From NCBI GenBank assembly GCA_013374835.1, contig CP055307.1, positions 608,963 to 658,767 on the forward strand: a stretch of DNA of 49,805 nucleotides. The letters are read 5' to 3'. The position numbers and the translations under genes are program-made. Below, piece by piece: positions 26,681-35,245 of the stretch. Positions within the stretch are counted from its first letter, which is position 1. Each line of letters starts with the position of its first letter. The notes below the pieces were generated by a model, which was not told the origin of the DNA, searched no databases, and worked only from the letters and a program-made list of their open reading frames with translations. Source of the DNA: Candidatus Woesebacteria bacterium. GTDB lineage: Bacteria > Patescibacteriota > Microgenomatia > UBA8517.

Positions 26681-29488
26681 ATGGCGCGAAAAAAGAAGAG
26701 ATATTTTGATCCCGTTGACACACGTGTGAGTTTCCCCTGTTTTGAAGAGAAAATTTTAAAATATTGGAATAAAAATAAGATTTTTGAAAAATCTCTTGAG
26801 AAGAATCAAAATTCTGGTAAAAATTTTGTTTTTTATGAAGGACCGCCGACTGCTAATGGCAAGCCTGGGATTCACCATGTTGAGGCAAGAAGCTTTAAAG
26901 ATATAATTATAAGATATAAAACAATGCAGGGGTATAATGTTACCCGCCAAGCTGGATGGGATTGCCATGGCCTTCCTGTTGAACTTCAAGTAGAAAAGAA
27001 GCTTGGAATTTCTGGAAAACCCCAGATTGAGAAATATGGAATAAAAGAGTTTAACGCACTTTGCCGAAAGAGCGTTTATGAGTACGTGGACGACTGGACT
27101 AAATTAACAAAGCGAATGGGTTACTGGGTGGATACTGATAATGCATATGAAACTATGGATAATAAATATATTGAAATTGAATGGCAACTTCTCAAAGAAA
27201 TGTGGGAAAAAGGATTTCTTTATGAAGATTATAAAGTCGTTCCTTATTGTCCCCGCTGTGGTACTTCGCTTTCCTCACATGAGCTGGCACTTGGATATAA
27301 AGAAGATGTTGAGGATCCTTCGATTTTTGTAAAATTTCAACTTCGAGATGATAAAAATACTTATTTTTTGGCATGGACAACAACTCCATGGACGCTTCCT
27401 GGGAATGTGGCCCTAGCAGTGGATGAAAATGAAAACTATGTTAAGTTAAAAATAAATAATGAAATTTTGATATTGTCTGAAAAACGTGCGAGAGAACTTA
27501 AGATTAAAGGAATAATTGTCGGAAAAGTTAAAGGAAGAGATTTATTGAGTATCGAATATAAACCGCTTTTTGATTTTATAGTTTATGATCAAAAATCTCA
27601 CTTTGTTATTCCTGCTGACTTTGTTTCTATGGATGAGGGTACCGGCATTGTTCATACTGCTGTAATGTATGGAGAAGATGATTTTAGGCTTGGTGAAAAA
27701 TACGGTCTTCCCAAAAAGCATTCGGTTAACGAAAAAGGTGAATTTGTTGATGAGGTAAAGCCGTGGGCAGGTAAATTTGTAAAAAGCAAAGCTCTTGAAA
27801 AGGAAATAATTAAAACTCTTGATAAAAACGGAAATCTTTTTAAAGCAGAGACCGTAAAGCACACCTATCCATTTTGTTGGAGATGTGATACTCCGCTTTT
27901 ATATTATGCAATGGTTTCGTGGTATCTAAAGACTTCACAGGTTAAAGATCAATTGATTGCAAATAATGCTTCTGTAAATTGGGTGCCCGATCATATCAAA
28001 GATGGAAGAATGGATGAGTGGCTTAAGAACAATCGGGATTGGGCACTTTCTAGAAGTCGTTATTGGGGAGCACCTCTTCCTGTTTGGCGTTGTGAAGAAT
28101 GCAGTCACTCTCAAGTCGTAGGTAGCTTGAGCGAATTATCCAAATTAGCTAAAAAGGATCTTTCTCAACTTGATTTACATAGACCGTTTGTCGACGAGGT
28201 TACTTTTAAATGTGATAAATGTGGGGGTATAATGCACAGGGTTGATTTTGTTTTGGATTGTTGGTTTGATAGCGGGGCCATGCCTTATGCAAGTGGCGTT
28301 AATTCCTACCCTGCAGACTTTATTTCGGAAGCTATTGATCAGACTCGTGGGTGGTTTTATACACTTCAGGCTGAAGCTGCTTTGCTTGGCAGAGAAAGTC
28401 CTTACAAAAATGTGATTTGTCTAGGACACTTGCTTGACGAAAAGGGTAATAAAATGAGCAAATCCAAAGGTAATGTGATTGATCCTTGGGAAATAATGAA
28501 TTCTGTTGGAGCTGATGCCACAAGATGGTATATGTACAGTGTAGTTTCTCCAGGTCCAAGTTTTAGATTTTCAGAAGATTTAGTTAGAGAAGTCGTTAAG
28601 CGTTTTTTTCTTATTTTGTGGAACAGTTATAACTATTTTGTAACTTATGCAAACATAAAAGGTTGGTCACCTGATACAAATTTTAGAATAAATAATATTT
28701 TAGACAAATGGATACTGCTCAAAATACAAGAATTGGTTAAAAAGGTAACAGTGTATCTTGATAAATATGACTTATATAACGCAACCCATGAGATCGAAAA
28801 TTTTATAACTAAAGACTTTTCACAATGGTACATTAGACGTTCTCGAGGAAGAACAGATGATGGATTTTATACGGCATCTTATAAAGTGCTTGTAACAGTT
28901 TCTAAGCTTATCGCTCCATTTGCTCCGTTTGTTTCGGAAGCTATGTATAGAAACTTAACAAAAGAAGAGTCAGTACATTTGAGTAATTGGCCAAGTGAAG
29001 AAGTTGATATAACAGATTCAACCCTTTTAAAGAAGATGGAACTTGTAAGAAAGCTTTCCGAGCTTGGGCATGCTATAAGAAAAGAAAAGGGCGTTAATTT
29101 AAGGCAGCCTCTTGCTGGTGTCTATATTGAGGTTGAGAAGGGTAAAAAGATAAGTAAAAATTTGAAAAAAATACTTCTTGATGAATTAAATGTTAGAAAA
29201 TTTGTTTCTAGAAAGCCTAAAGGATTTTGGGAGAATTCTGACAGCCTTGGTAATAGAATATACCTTGATCCCAAAATAACCCCAGATCTAGTCGAAGATT
29301 ATAGGATGCGGGAGCTTGCTAGAAAAATACAGGTAGAGCGAAAACGTCTTGGTACAAAACTTAACGAAAGGATTGTTGTTTCTGCGCCTTGGATTCCCAA
29401 AGATTCGAGTTTATTTAATGAACTAAAAGAAAGAGTGGGTGCCGATAAGATTGTTAAGGGTAAATTTGAGGTAAAAAGAATTTCATGA
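26681..29488 (+). CDS. ileS: Isoleucine--tRNA ligase, type 2 (eukaryote-like)
   Basis: FYEGPPTANGKPGIHH, GWDCHGLPVE, WTTTPWTLPGN, GTGIVH, DWALSRSRYWG, EAIDQTRGWF, KMSKS. Confidence 0.96.
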   Translation: MARKKKRYFDPVDTRVSFPCFEEKILKYWNKNKIFEKSLEKNQNSGKNFVFYEGPPTANGKPGIHHVEARSFKDIIIRYKTMQGYNVTRQAGWDCHGLPVELQVEKKLGISGKPQIEKYGIKEFNALCRKSVYEYVDDWTKLTKRMGYWVDTDNAYETMDNKYIEIEWQLLKEMWEKGFLYEDYKVVPYCPRCGTSLSSHELALGYKEDVEDPSIFVKFQLRDDKNTYFLAWTTTPWTLPGNVALAVDENENYVKLKINNEILILSEKRARELKIKGIIVGKVKGRDLLSIEYKPLFDFIVYDQKSHFVIPADFVSMDEGTGIVHTAVMYGEDDFRLGEKYGLPKKHSVNEKGEFVDEVKPWAGKFVKSKALEKEIIKTLDKNGNLFKAETVKHTYPFCWRCDTPLLYYAMVSWYLKTSQVKDQLIANNASVNWVPDHIKDGRMDEWLKNNRDWALSRSRYWGAPLPVWRCEECSHSQVVGSLSELSKLAKKDLSQLDLHRPFVDEVTFKCDKCGGIMHRVDFVLDCWFDSGAMPYASGVNSYPADFISEAIDQTRGWFYTLQAEAALLGRESPYKNVICLGHLLDEKGNKMSKSKGNVIDPWEIMNSVGADATRWYMYSVVSPGPSFRFSEDLVREVVKRFFLILWNSYNYFVTYANIKGWSPDTNFRINNILDKWILLKIQELVKKVTVYLDKYDLYNATHEIENFITKDFSQWYIRRSRGRTDDGFYTASYKVLVTVSKLIAPFAPFVSEAMYRNLTKEESVHLSNWPSEEVDITDSTLLKKMELVRKLSELGHAIRKEKGVNLRQPLAGVYIEVEKGKKISKNLKKILLDELNVRKFVSRKPKGFWENSDSLGNRIYLDPKITPDLVEDYRMRELARKIQVERKRLGTKLNERIVVSAPWIPKDSSLFNELKERVGADKIVKGKFEVKRIS

Positions 29489-30540
29489 TTCAATTTCTTA
29501 ATGTATATAAAAAAGAATTTGGAATTCCTTTGGTTTCATTTTTTTTGATCGGATTTAGTTTGATTGTTTTGAGGTCTGTGGCAAGTTTTATATTTCCTAA
29601 TTATTTTGGATACGTATTTGTAGCAATAGCTCTATTTGTTTTTTTTTCGCAAATTGATTTTGAGATTTACAAAACTTTTTCTGTTTTTTTATATATTGGA
29701 AGCATTATTTTTTTGATACTCCCACTTGTTATTGGACAGGTAACTCGTGGTGCAGTGCGATGGATCCCGCTTGGGGCCTGGAGTATACAACCTTCTGAAA
29801 TTGTCAGGCCGTTTTTATTGATTTTTATTGCAGATTTTTTAACCAAAAAGCAATTGAATTCAAAAAGATTTGTTTTGGCTGTTCTTCTTTTTACAATACC
29901 GGTCGTTTTGATACTTAAGCAACCTTCGTTGGGTGTAGCTGTTTTGAATTCTTTGGGATTTTTGGGGACGGTGTTGTCTTTAAAGTATGACAAAAAGCTT
30001 TTACTAACCGCGATTTTTGTTTCGGTATTTTTGATGCCTTTTTCGTGGCTTTTTCTTGCACCATACCAAAAAATGAGAATTGAATCTTTGATTGATCCAA
30101 CTAAGGACCCATCGGGTGCGGGATACAATAGCATTCAGTCAATGATAGCTGTTGGGTCAGGTAAAATAACAGGGCGCGGACTTGGCAAGGGCGTACAAAC
30201 ACAGCTTTCTTTTTTACCAGAGAGGCATACGGATTTTATTTTTGCATCTATCGCGGAAGAGCTTGGTTTTTTGGGTGTATTGGTATTTTTTATCGCGATT
30301 TTTTTTCTTTTTTATAGAATAGTGTCGGTATTTTCCTGTCCCAAAAATTATACTGCACGTGCTTTTTCGTCGGGAATATTTTTAACCTTGTTTGCCCAAA
30401 CCTTTGTACACATAGGAATGAATATGGGGATAATACCGATCACGGGTGTACCCCTTCCGCTTATCTCTTCAGGCGGGTCAAGCCTTGTCGCTTCGATGAT
30501 AATGCTTGGGATGCTTTTGAGTGCTAAGTCTTGTGTTTAA
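29485..30540 (+). CDS. rodA: SEDS family protein RodA
   Basis: GAVRWI..G.WSIQPSE, LKQPSLG, DPSGAGYN.IQS.IAVGSG, FLPERHTDFIFA, P.TGVPLPLISSGGSS. Confidence 0.88.
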   Translation: MIQFLNVYKKEFGIPLVSFFLIGFSLIVLRSVASFIFPNYFGYVFVAIALFVFFSQIDFEIYKTFSVFLYIGSIIFLILPLVIGQVTRGAVRWIPLGAWSIQPSEIVRPFLLIFIADFLTKKQLNSKRFVLAVLLFTIPVVLILKQPSLGVAVLNSLGFLGTVLSLKYDKKLLLTAIFVSVFLMPFSWLFLAPYQKMRIESLIDPTKDPSGAGYNSIQSMIAVGSGKITGRGLGKGVQTQLSFLPERHTDFIFASIAEELGFLGVLVFFIAIFFLFYRIVSVFSCPKNYTARAFSSGIFLTLFAQTFVHIGMNMGIIPITGVPLPLISSGGSSLVASMIMLGMLLSAKSCV

Positions 30541-30570
30541 GCTTTAATATTTGTAAAATACGTATTTACA

Positions 30571-30879
30571 ATGAAGTACGCTGTAATTCAAATTAAAGGT
30601 CATCAATATAAAGTTTCAGAAGGAGATGAAATCCTTGTTGATAGAGTAGCAAAAGATGAAGGAATTGATTTTAAAACTCTTCTATTTGTTGATGGAGAAC
30701 AGGTGGATTTGGGTAAGCCAAACTTGAATAAAGCAAAAATTGTTATAAAAAATTTGGGCGAAGAAAAGGGGAAAAAGCTTTATGTCAAAAAATATAAATC
30801 AAAATCAAGATATAGAAGAAAGATTGGCTATAGAGCAAGTTTAAGCAGACTTCTTGTAGAAAAGATTTCTATATCTTAG
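30571..30879 (+). CDS. rplU: 50S ribosomal protein L21
   Basis: MKYAVIQIKGHQYKVSEG, KGKK..V.KYK.K.RYRRK.GYR. Confidence 0.95.
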   Translation: MKYAVIQIKGHQYKVSEGDEILVDRVAKDEGIDFKTLLFVDGEQVDLGKPNLNKAKIVIKNLGEEKGKKLYVKKYKSKSRYRRKIGYRASLSRLLVEKISIS

Positions 30880-30907
30880 TATCTCAAAACATATAGAACA
30901 TATTCTA

Positions 30908-30936
30908 TTGACATCTGTGAAAAATTATTTTATATT
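30908..30936 (+). promoter_or_regulatory. sigma70 promoter for rpmA-parB
   Basis: TTGACA 30908-30913, 17 nt, TATATT 30931-30936. Confidence 0.65.
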
Positions 30937-30950
30937 GAATTCTAAATAAA

Positions 30951-31199
30951 ATGGCGCACAAAAAACAGGGAGGAAAAACAAAACAACATAAAAGGCCAAG
31001 TCCAAAATATTTGGGTGTTAAGGTCAGCCAAGGGCAAAAAGTTGGCCCGGGAAACGTATTGGTAAGACAAAGGGGAACAAAAATAAGAGCAGGTGTTGGT
31101 GTAAAAGTAGGTAGGGATCATACATTGTATTCTATAAAAGAGGGTGTTGTACGATTTAATCAAAGATATAATAGAAAAAATATTTCGGTTTCAAAATAG
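30951..31199 (+). CDS. rpmA: 50S ribosomal protein L27
   Basis: MAHKKQGG, KYLGVK, GNVLVRQRGTK, GRDHTLYS..EG.V.F. Confidence 0.97.
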   Translation: MAHKKQGGKTKQHKRPSPKYLGVKVSQGQKVGPGNVLVRQRGTKIRAGVGVKVGRDHTLYSIKEGVVRFNQRYNRKNISVSK

Positions 31200-31205
31200 C
31201 TTAAA

Positions 31206-32057
31206 ATGGCTGAAGAAGTAATACAAATTCATGTAGATGAATTGCAAGCGAATCCTTTGCAACCAAGAGGATCTATTACCCCAGAATCGTTAGTTGATCT
31301 TGTTGATTCAATTAAAGAGCATGGTGTATTGGAACCTCTTGTAATAGCTAAGACTCCTGCAGGTTATCAGATAATTGCAGGGGAGAGGCGCTGGAGAGCG
31401 TCTAAGATAGCAGGGCTTACTCATGTACCCGCGATTGTTCGTGAAACTTCACCAAAGGGAATGCTTGAAATGGCGCTTGTTGAAAATGTTCAAAGAGTTG
31501 ATCTGAATCCTCTTGACCGAGCAACGGGTTTTGAGAGGTTAATGAACGAATTCGGGCTTACTACAAGCGAGATTGCCGTAAGGATTGGCAAATCTGTTGC
31601 TTATGTTTCTAATTCCATGAGGCTTCTTTCATTACCCGACGCTTTAAAAGACGGACTTTTATCTGGTCTTATAAGCGAAGGACATGCAAGAGCTCTTTCT
31701 TCGATTGATGACCCTAATCTTATGGTAGAAGCTTATAAAATAATTCTCAGAGAGTCTGGGTCCGTTAGAAGAGCCGAAGAGTTAGCCAGAAGAATGAAAG
31801 CAAAAGCAAAGCAATCTCCGAAACCTAAAGCCAGAGTTTCTGATATGAGAATTGTTTCTGAAGATATTGACAGAATGCAGTCTGAGCTTGAAAGTGTTTT
31901 TCAGCAGGGTGAAAATGGTGAAAAAAATACGGAAGTAAAGCTTGCAAGAAGCAGGAAACAAACAAGAATTCTTTTTATATTTAAAGGCTCTTTAGAAGAA
32001 ACGGAAGAGAAGCTTCAGAGAATTTACAGGTCTCTTACCGGTAAACAGGAGAGTTAA
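31206..32057 (+). CDS. parB: ParB/Spo0J chromosome partition protein
   Basis: NPLQPR, LVDSIKEHGVLEP, IIAGERRWRA, ALVENVQR.DLNP, HTH, SEGHARAL. Confidence 0.92.
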   Translation: MAEEVIQIHVDELQANPLQPRGSITPESLVDLVDSIKEHGVLEPLVIAKTPAGYQIIAGERRWRASKIAGLTHVPAIVRETSPKGMLEMALVENVQRVDLNPLDRATGFERLMNEFGLTTSEIAVRIGKSVAYVSNSMRLLSLPDALKDGLLSGLISEGHARALSSIDDPNLMVEAYKIILRESGSVRRAEELARRMKAKAKQSPKPKARVSDMRIVSEDIDRMQSELESVFQQGENGEKNTEVKLARSRKQTRILFIFKGSLEETEEKLQRIYRSLTGKQES

Positions 32058-32595
32058 TTTTTCCTATCTTGGATGGCGGCCAATAGATAATCCAAGCTTT
32101 TCCTGTTATTTTATCAAAACTGATAGGCCCAAAACTTCTTGAGTCGTATGAGTGATCTCTGTTATCTCCAAGAACCATATAAGAGTTTTCAGGAACTTGA
32201 ATTATTTTTCCTTCGGTAAGGAAAGAGCTTGGGTTTGTACGTGTTTCGTCGGGAAGATATTCTTCATCGAGCCGATTTCCATTAATATACACAAAGCCAT
32301 CTTTGAGAGTAATTTTTTCTCCGGGAAGTGCAATTATTCTTTTAATAAATTCATCGGAGAAATCTGGGGGTGCTTTAAAAACTATTACGTCTCCCCTTTG
32401 GGGATTGTTAAAGCGATAACTTATTTTGTCTGTGAGAAGATATTCGGCATCTTGGAAGTTGGGTTCCATAGACGATCCTTTAATTTTGTGTGGTTGAAGA
32501 ATTAAGAGGTATAAAAAAAGAAAAATTGAGATTGCAAAGACCACAAGCTGCAATATTTCAAGAATAAATGAGGCTAGTCTTTTAATAATCATCAT
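32035..32595 (-). CDS. lepB: Signal peptidase I
   Basis: I.GSSMEPNF (Ser), PQRGDVIVF, FIKRII.LPGE (Lys), GDNR.HSYDSR.FGP, GKA. Confidence 0.95.
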   Translation of the reverse strand: MMIIKRLASFILEILQLVVFAISIFLFLYLLILQPHKIKGSSMEPNFQDAEYLLTDKISYRFNNPQRGDVIVFKAPPDFSDEFIKRIIALPGEKITLKDGFVYINGNRLDEEYLPDETRTNPSSFLTEGKIIQVPENSYMVLGDNRDHSYDSRSFGPISFDKITGKAWIIYWPPSKIGKINSPVYR

Positions 32596-32601
32596 TTTTA
32601 G

Positions 32602-32607
32602 ATTATA
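32602..32607 (-). promoter_or_regulatory. -10 (TATAAT) 6 nt before lepB ATG; leaderless promoter
   Basis: Minus strand TATAAT-CTAAAA-ATG. Confidence 0.65.
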
Positions 32608-32625
32608 CGCTTTGTGAAAGTCGTG

Positions 32626-33693
32626 TTACAAGGGTTTATCAGGCAGAATAATATCGTGTGCTCCGTTTTCTTTTATTCCTCCTGGTGTTATCATTATGAA
32701 TTTGGCTTTTAGTTGAAGCTCTTTAATGTTTTTTGCTCCCGAGTAGCTTAAACCAGAGCGAATCCCGGCAATTAGTTTTTTAACAACAACATCAAGAGGC
32801 CCCTTGTAAGGAACAAGTCCTTCTACTCCTTCTATTTGATTTATGTACGTTTGTTTATTATTGATATTTATTTTTTTTGTTTGCTTTAATTTTTGTTCCA
32901 AAGAAGTAGAACCACTGTATTTTTTGTATTTATGTCCGTTTATGTAAATTATTTTACCTGGAGCTTCGTCTGTGCCTGCGAATATAAATCCACCCACAAT
33001 CGCACATGCGCCTGCTGCCAGTGACTTCACAATATCCCCTGAATTTCTTATTCCTGCATCGGGCATAAATGTTTTTTTGTATTTTCTAGCCGCTTTTGCT
33101 ACTTCAAAGAGCGAAGCAAGGCCTGGAACGCCATGCCCTGTAACTATTCTTGTTGTACAAATTGAGCCTGCGCCGATTCCTACAAGCAGGCTATCTGCTC
33201 CGGCTTGGTAAAGATCCTTTGCAGAGTCATACGTCGATGCTATACCTGATATGAGTGTTATATGCGGATAAGTTGATTTAATTAGCTTTGTTGCATCTAT
33301 TGCTCTTCTCATATGCCCATGGGCAACGTCTATATTTAGGGCATCAACTCCGGCTTTAATTAGTGCTTCTGCGCGAGGAAGCATATCGTCTTTTATTCCT
33401 ATAGCCGCGGCTACGATTCCTCCATTTTCTTTTACCTTTTTTACCTTAAGAGATTGGTCTTCTATTGGCTCAAAACGGGGAAGAATGGCCATGCCTCCAA
33501 GTTCAGACATTTTTATTGCCATTTTTACACCTGTAACGGTATCCATTTTGGTGGCAATAAGCGGAATTTGAAGATTCAATTTTTTTGAGATTTTTGTAGA
33601 CAAATCAATTTCGGATCTGCTTTCAATTTCGGAGTATTGAGGTACAAGAAGAACATCGTCGTAGCTAAGAGCTAGTGGAAAATTCTGATTCAT
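32626..33693 (-). CDS. IMP dehydrogenase/GMP reductase family protein without CBS subdomain; probably GMP reductase
   Basis: LSYDDVLLVP, MDTVT, IDVAHGH, GIGAGSICTTR, EGVEG, SGLSY.GA; start 33693 (MNQNF) preferred. Confidence 0.85.
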   Translation of the reverse strand: MNQNFPLALSYDDVLLVPQYSEIESRSEIDLSTKISKKLNLQIPLIATKMDTVTGVKMAIKMSELGGMAILPRFEPIEDQSLKVKKVKENGGIVAAAIGIKDDMLPRAEALIKAGVDALNIDVAHGHMRRAIDATKLIKSTYPHITLISGIASTYDSAKDLYQAGADSLLVGIGAGSICTTRIVTGHGVPGLASLFEVAKAARKYKKTFMPDAGIRNSGDIVKSLAAGACAIVGGFIFAGTDEAPGKIIYINGHKYKKYSGSTSLEQKLKQTKKININNKQTYINQIEGVEGLVPYKGPLDVVVKKLIAGIRSGLSYSGAKNIKELQLKAKFIMITPGGIKENGAHDIILPDKPL

Positions 33694-33776
33694 ATTGCGT
33701 AATGAGTATGAATCATTACAGTTAAATCTATTCAATTTATAGAAATTAATCAACTGTGTAAATTTTTAGATGAAAA

Positions 33777-33785
33777 TGATAGAAT
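33777..33785 (+). promoter_or_regulatory. Extended -10 for tRNA-Val
   Basis: TGaTAGAAT 26 nt upstream of the tRNA. Confidence 0.5.
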
Positions 33786-33811
33786 GATTATTTAACATAA
33801 GAAGATTTTTT

Positions 33812-33883
33812 GGATCCGTAGCTCAGAGGCAGAGCGTTCCGTTCACATCGGAGAGGCCGAAGGTTCGACTCCTTCCGGATCCA
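33812..33883 (+). tRNA. tRNA-Val(CAC), CCA not encoded
   Basis: Acceptor GGATCCG/CGGATCC, D-arm GCTC/GAGC, anticodon loop TTCACAT, T-loop TTCGACT. Confidence 0.95.
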
Positions 33884-33889
33884 CAATTA

Positions 33890-35161
33890 TTATATTTTTG
33901 GGAGGGGAAGGTGATCGGGGAGCACGGGGTCTTTAAAGCTTAATTCAAGTTTTTTGGCTGCCGAGAGAAATAATAGCGAGGCTACTTTTGGCGTAGTGAG
34001 GATCTTTGCAACAAGGCCGGGGTTTAGCTTACCATCTACTACATATTTTTCTACCTGTTCAATCAGATCGCTGTTTGGGTTTTTTATCCATTCTGAAATG
34101 GCATCGAGTACGCCACCTAACTGACCTTTTTCTTGATAGCTTAGTCGTACAATTGTGCCAGCGAAGTATAACTTTTGTCCCGGCCATTTTCTGTTCCACT
34201 TTTTATAAAATTCGCTCGGGGATTGTCCTTTTTTTAAAGATTCATAAAGAATTCTTCCACTCATTATCGCTCTTTGCATAGAATCACCTGAACTTGGTTT
34301 TGCCATTCCAGCGGCTTCTCCGACTGTAAATACATGATAAGTATTCGGTTTTTTGGTTGTCTGTGCTCGAATAAAACCAGCATAGGTATTTTCGGGTTTT
34401 TTTGAATAAACGTTTACTCCTGGCTTTTCGGCTATAAAACTTATAAGCTTATCTAGTCTTGGTTTTGCTGAATTTAGAAATTTGTTATATTGGCTTTTTG
34501 GCCCATATGCCGAAAACACTACATCGATATAGTTTTCATCTTCTACGTTTGGGTTTACCCAGCTTGTGCCGGCTGCAGGGCCTATTACTAGTATCATTTC
34601 AGGGTTTTCAAGTTTTCCCCTAACTGTTGCACCGTAAACATATTCAACCAGATAATCTTTCTCGCGATTTTTGTTAACCTGTCTATCTATTCTGGCGTGA
34701 ACACCGGTTGCGTCTATTATTGCGTTAAAATATAAAGTTTGCCCGTCAATTATTACAACTGCTTCGTCTTTTGAATCTTTTATTTTAATGTCTTTTAGTA
34801 TACTCGGCGGCAAGATTGAAAAGAAAACATTAGGCATTTGTTCGAGTTCTATTTTAACCTTTTCAACCATCTTTGGGTAATCAACCATAAAATAGCTTCC
34901 CTGAGCCGTGACGCGAAAGTCAGTGTTGTTTGAGGTGATCACGCGTAAATAGGGAAGTATAAATCTTTCGTTTTTGGGGAAAAACGCTTCTGCTATGTCT
35001 ACCGGAAGTATTCTGTCTGTGGTGTAAACTGAGTGTGCAAATTTTTTTGTATCAGGGGCAATTAAATGAACTTCGTGACCATTTTGAGCAAGTTCACATG
35101 CTGAAGAAAGACCGGATGGTCCATCGCCAAAGATTGCGACTTGCAGTCTTTCGGAGTTCAT
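33890..35161 (-). CDS. FAD-dependent oxidoreductase, geranylgeranyl reductase/FixC/lycopene cyclase-like
   Basis: Rossmann VAIFGDGPSGLSSA, IDATG, VGEAAGMAKPSSGDSMQRAIMSG; start 35161 (MNSERL) preferred. Confidence 0.75.
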   Translation of the reverse strand: MNSERLQVAIFGDGPSGLSSACELAQNGHEVHLIAPDTKKFAHSVYTTDRILPVDIAEAFFPKNERFILPYLRVITSNNTDFRVTAQGSYFMVDYPKMVEKVKIELEQMPNVFFSILPPSILKDIKIKDSKDEAVVIIDGQTLYFNAIIDATGVHARIDRQVNKNREKDYLVEYVYGATVRGKLENPEMILVIGPAAGTSWVNPNVEDENYIDVVFSAYGPKSQYNKFLNSAKPRLDKLISFIAEKPGVNVYSKKPENTYAGFIRAQTTKKPNTYHVFTVGEAAGMAKPSSGDSMQRAIMSGRILYESLKKGQSPSEFYKKWNRKWPGQKLYFAGTIVRLSYQEKGQLGGVLDAISEWIKNPNSDLIEQVEKYVVDGKLNPGLVAKILTTPKVASLLFLSAAKKLELSFKDPVLPDHLPLPKI

Positions 35162-35245
35162 GCTGAAATAATATACACTATTAACGTTTATTTCGCAAAT
35201 ACGGTTAAAGTCAAGCAATTATTATTTTAGTTTAATATGTAAAGT

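Noticed and set aside
33694-33811. Possible purine riboswitch upstream of the guaB-like gene
   Set aside because: No P1-P3 architecture or conserved junction sequences; too AT-rich.
33812-35218. Flavoprotein gene as an island integrated at tRNA-Val
   Set aside because: No integrase or duplicated tRNA 3' end; its A-rich coding strand is explained by strand skew, as for the neighbouring minus-strand genes.
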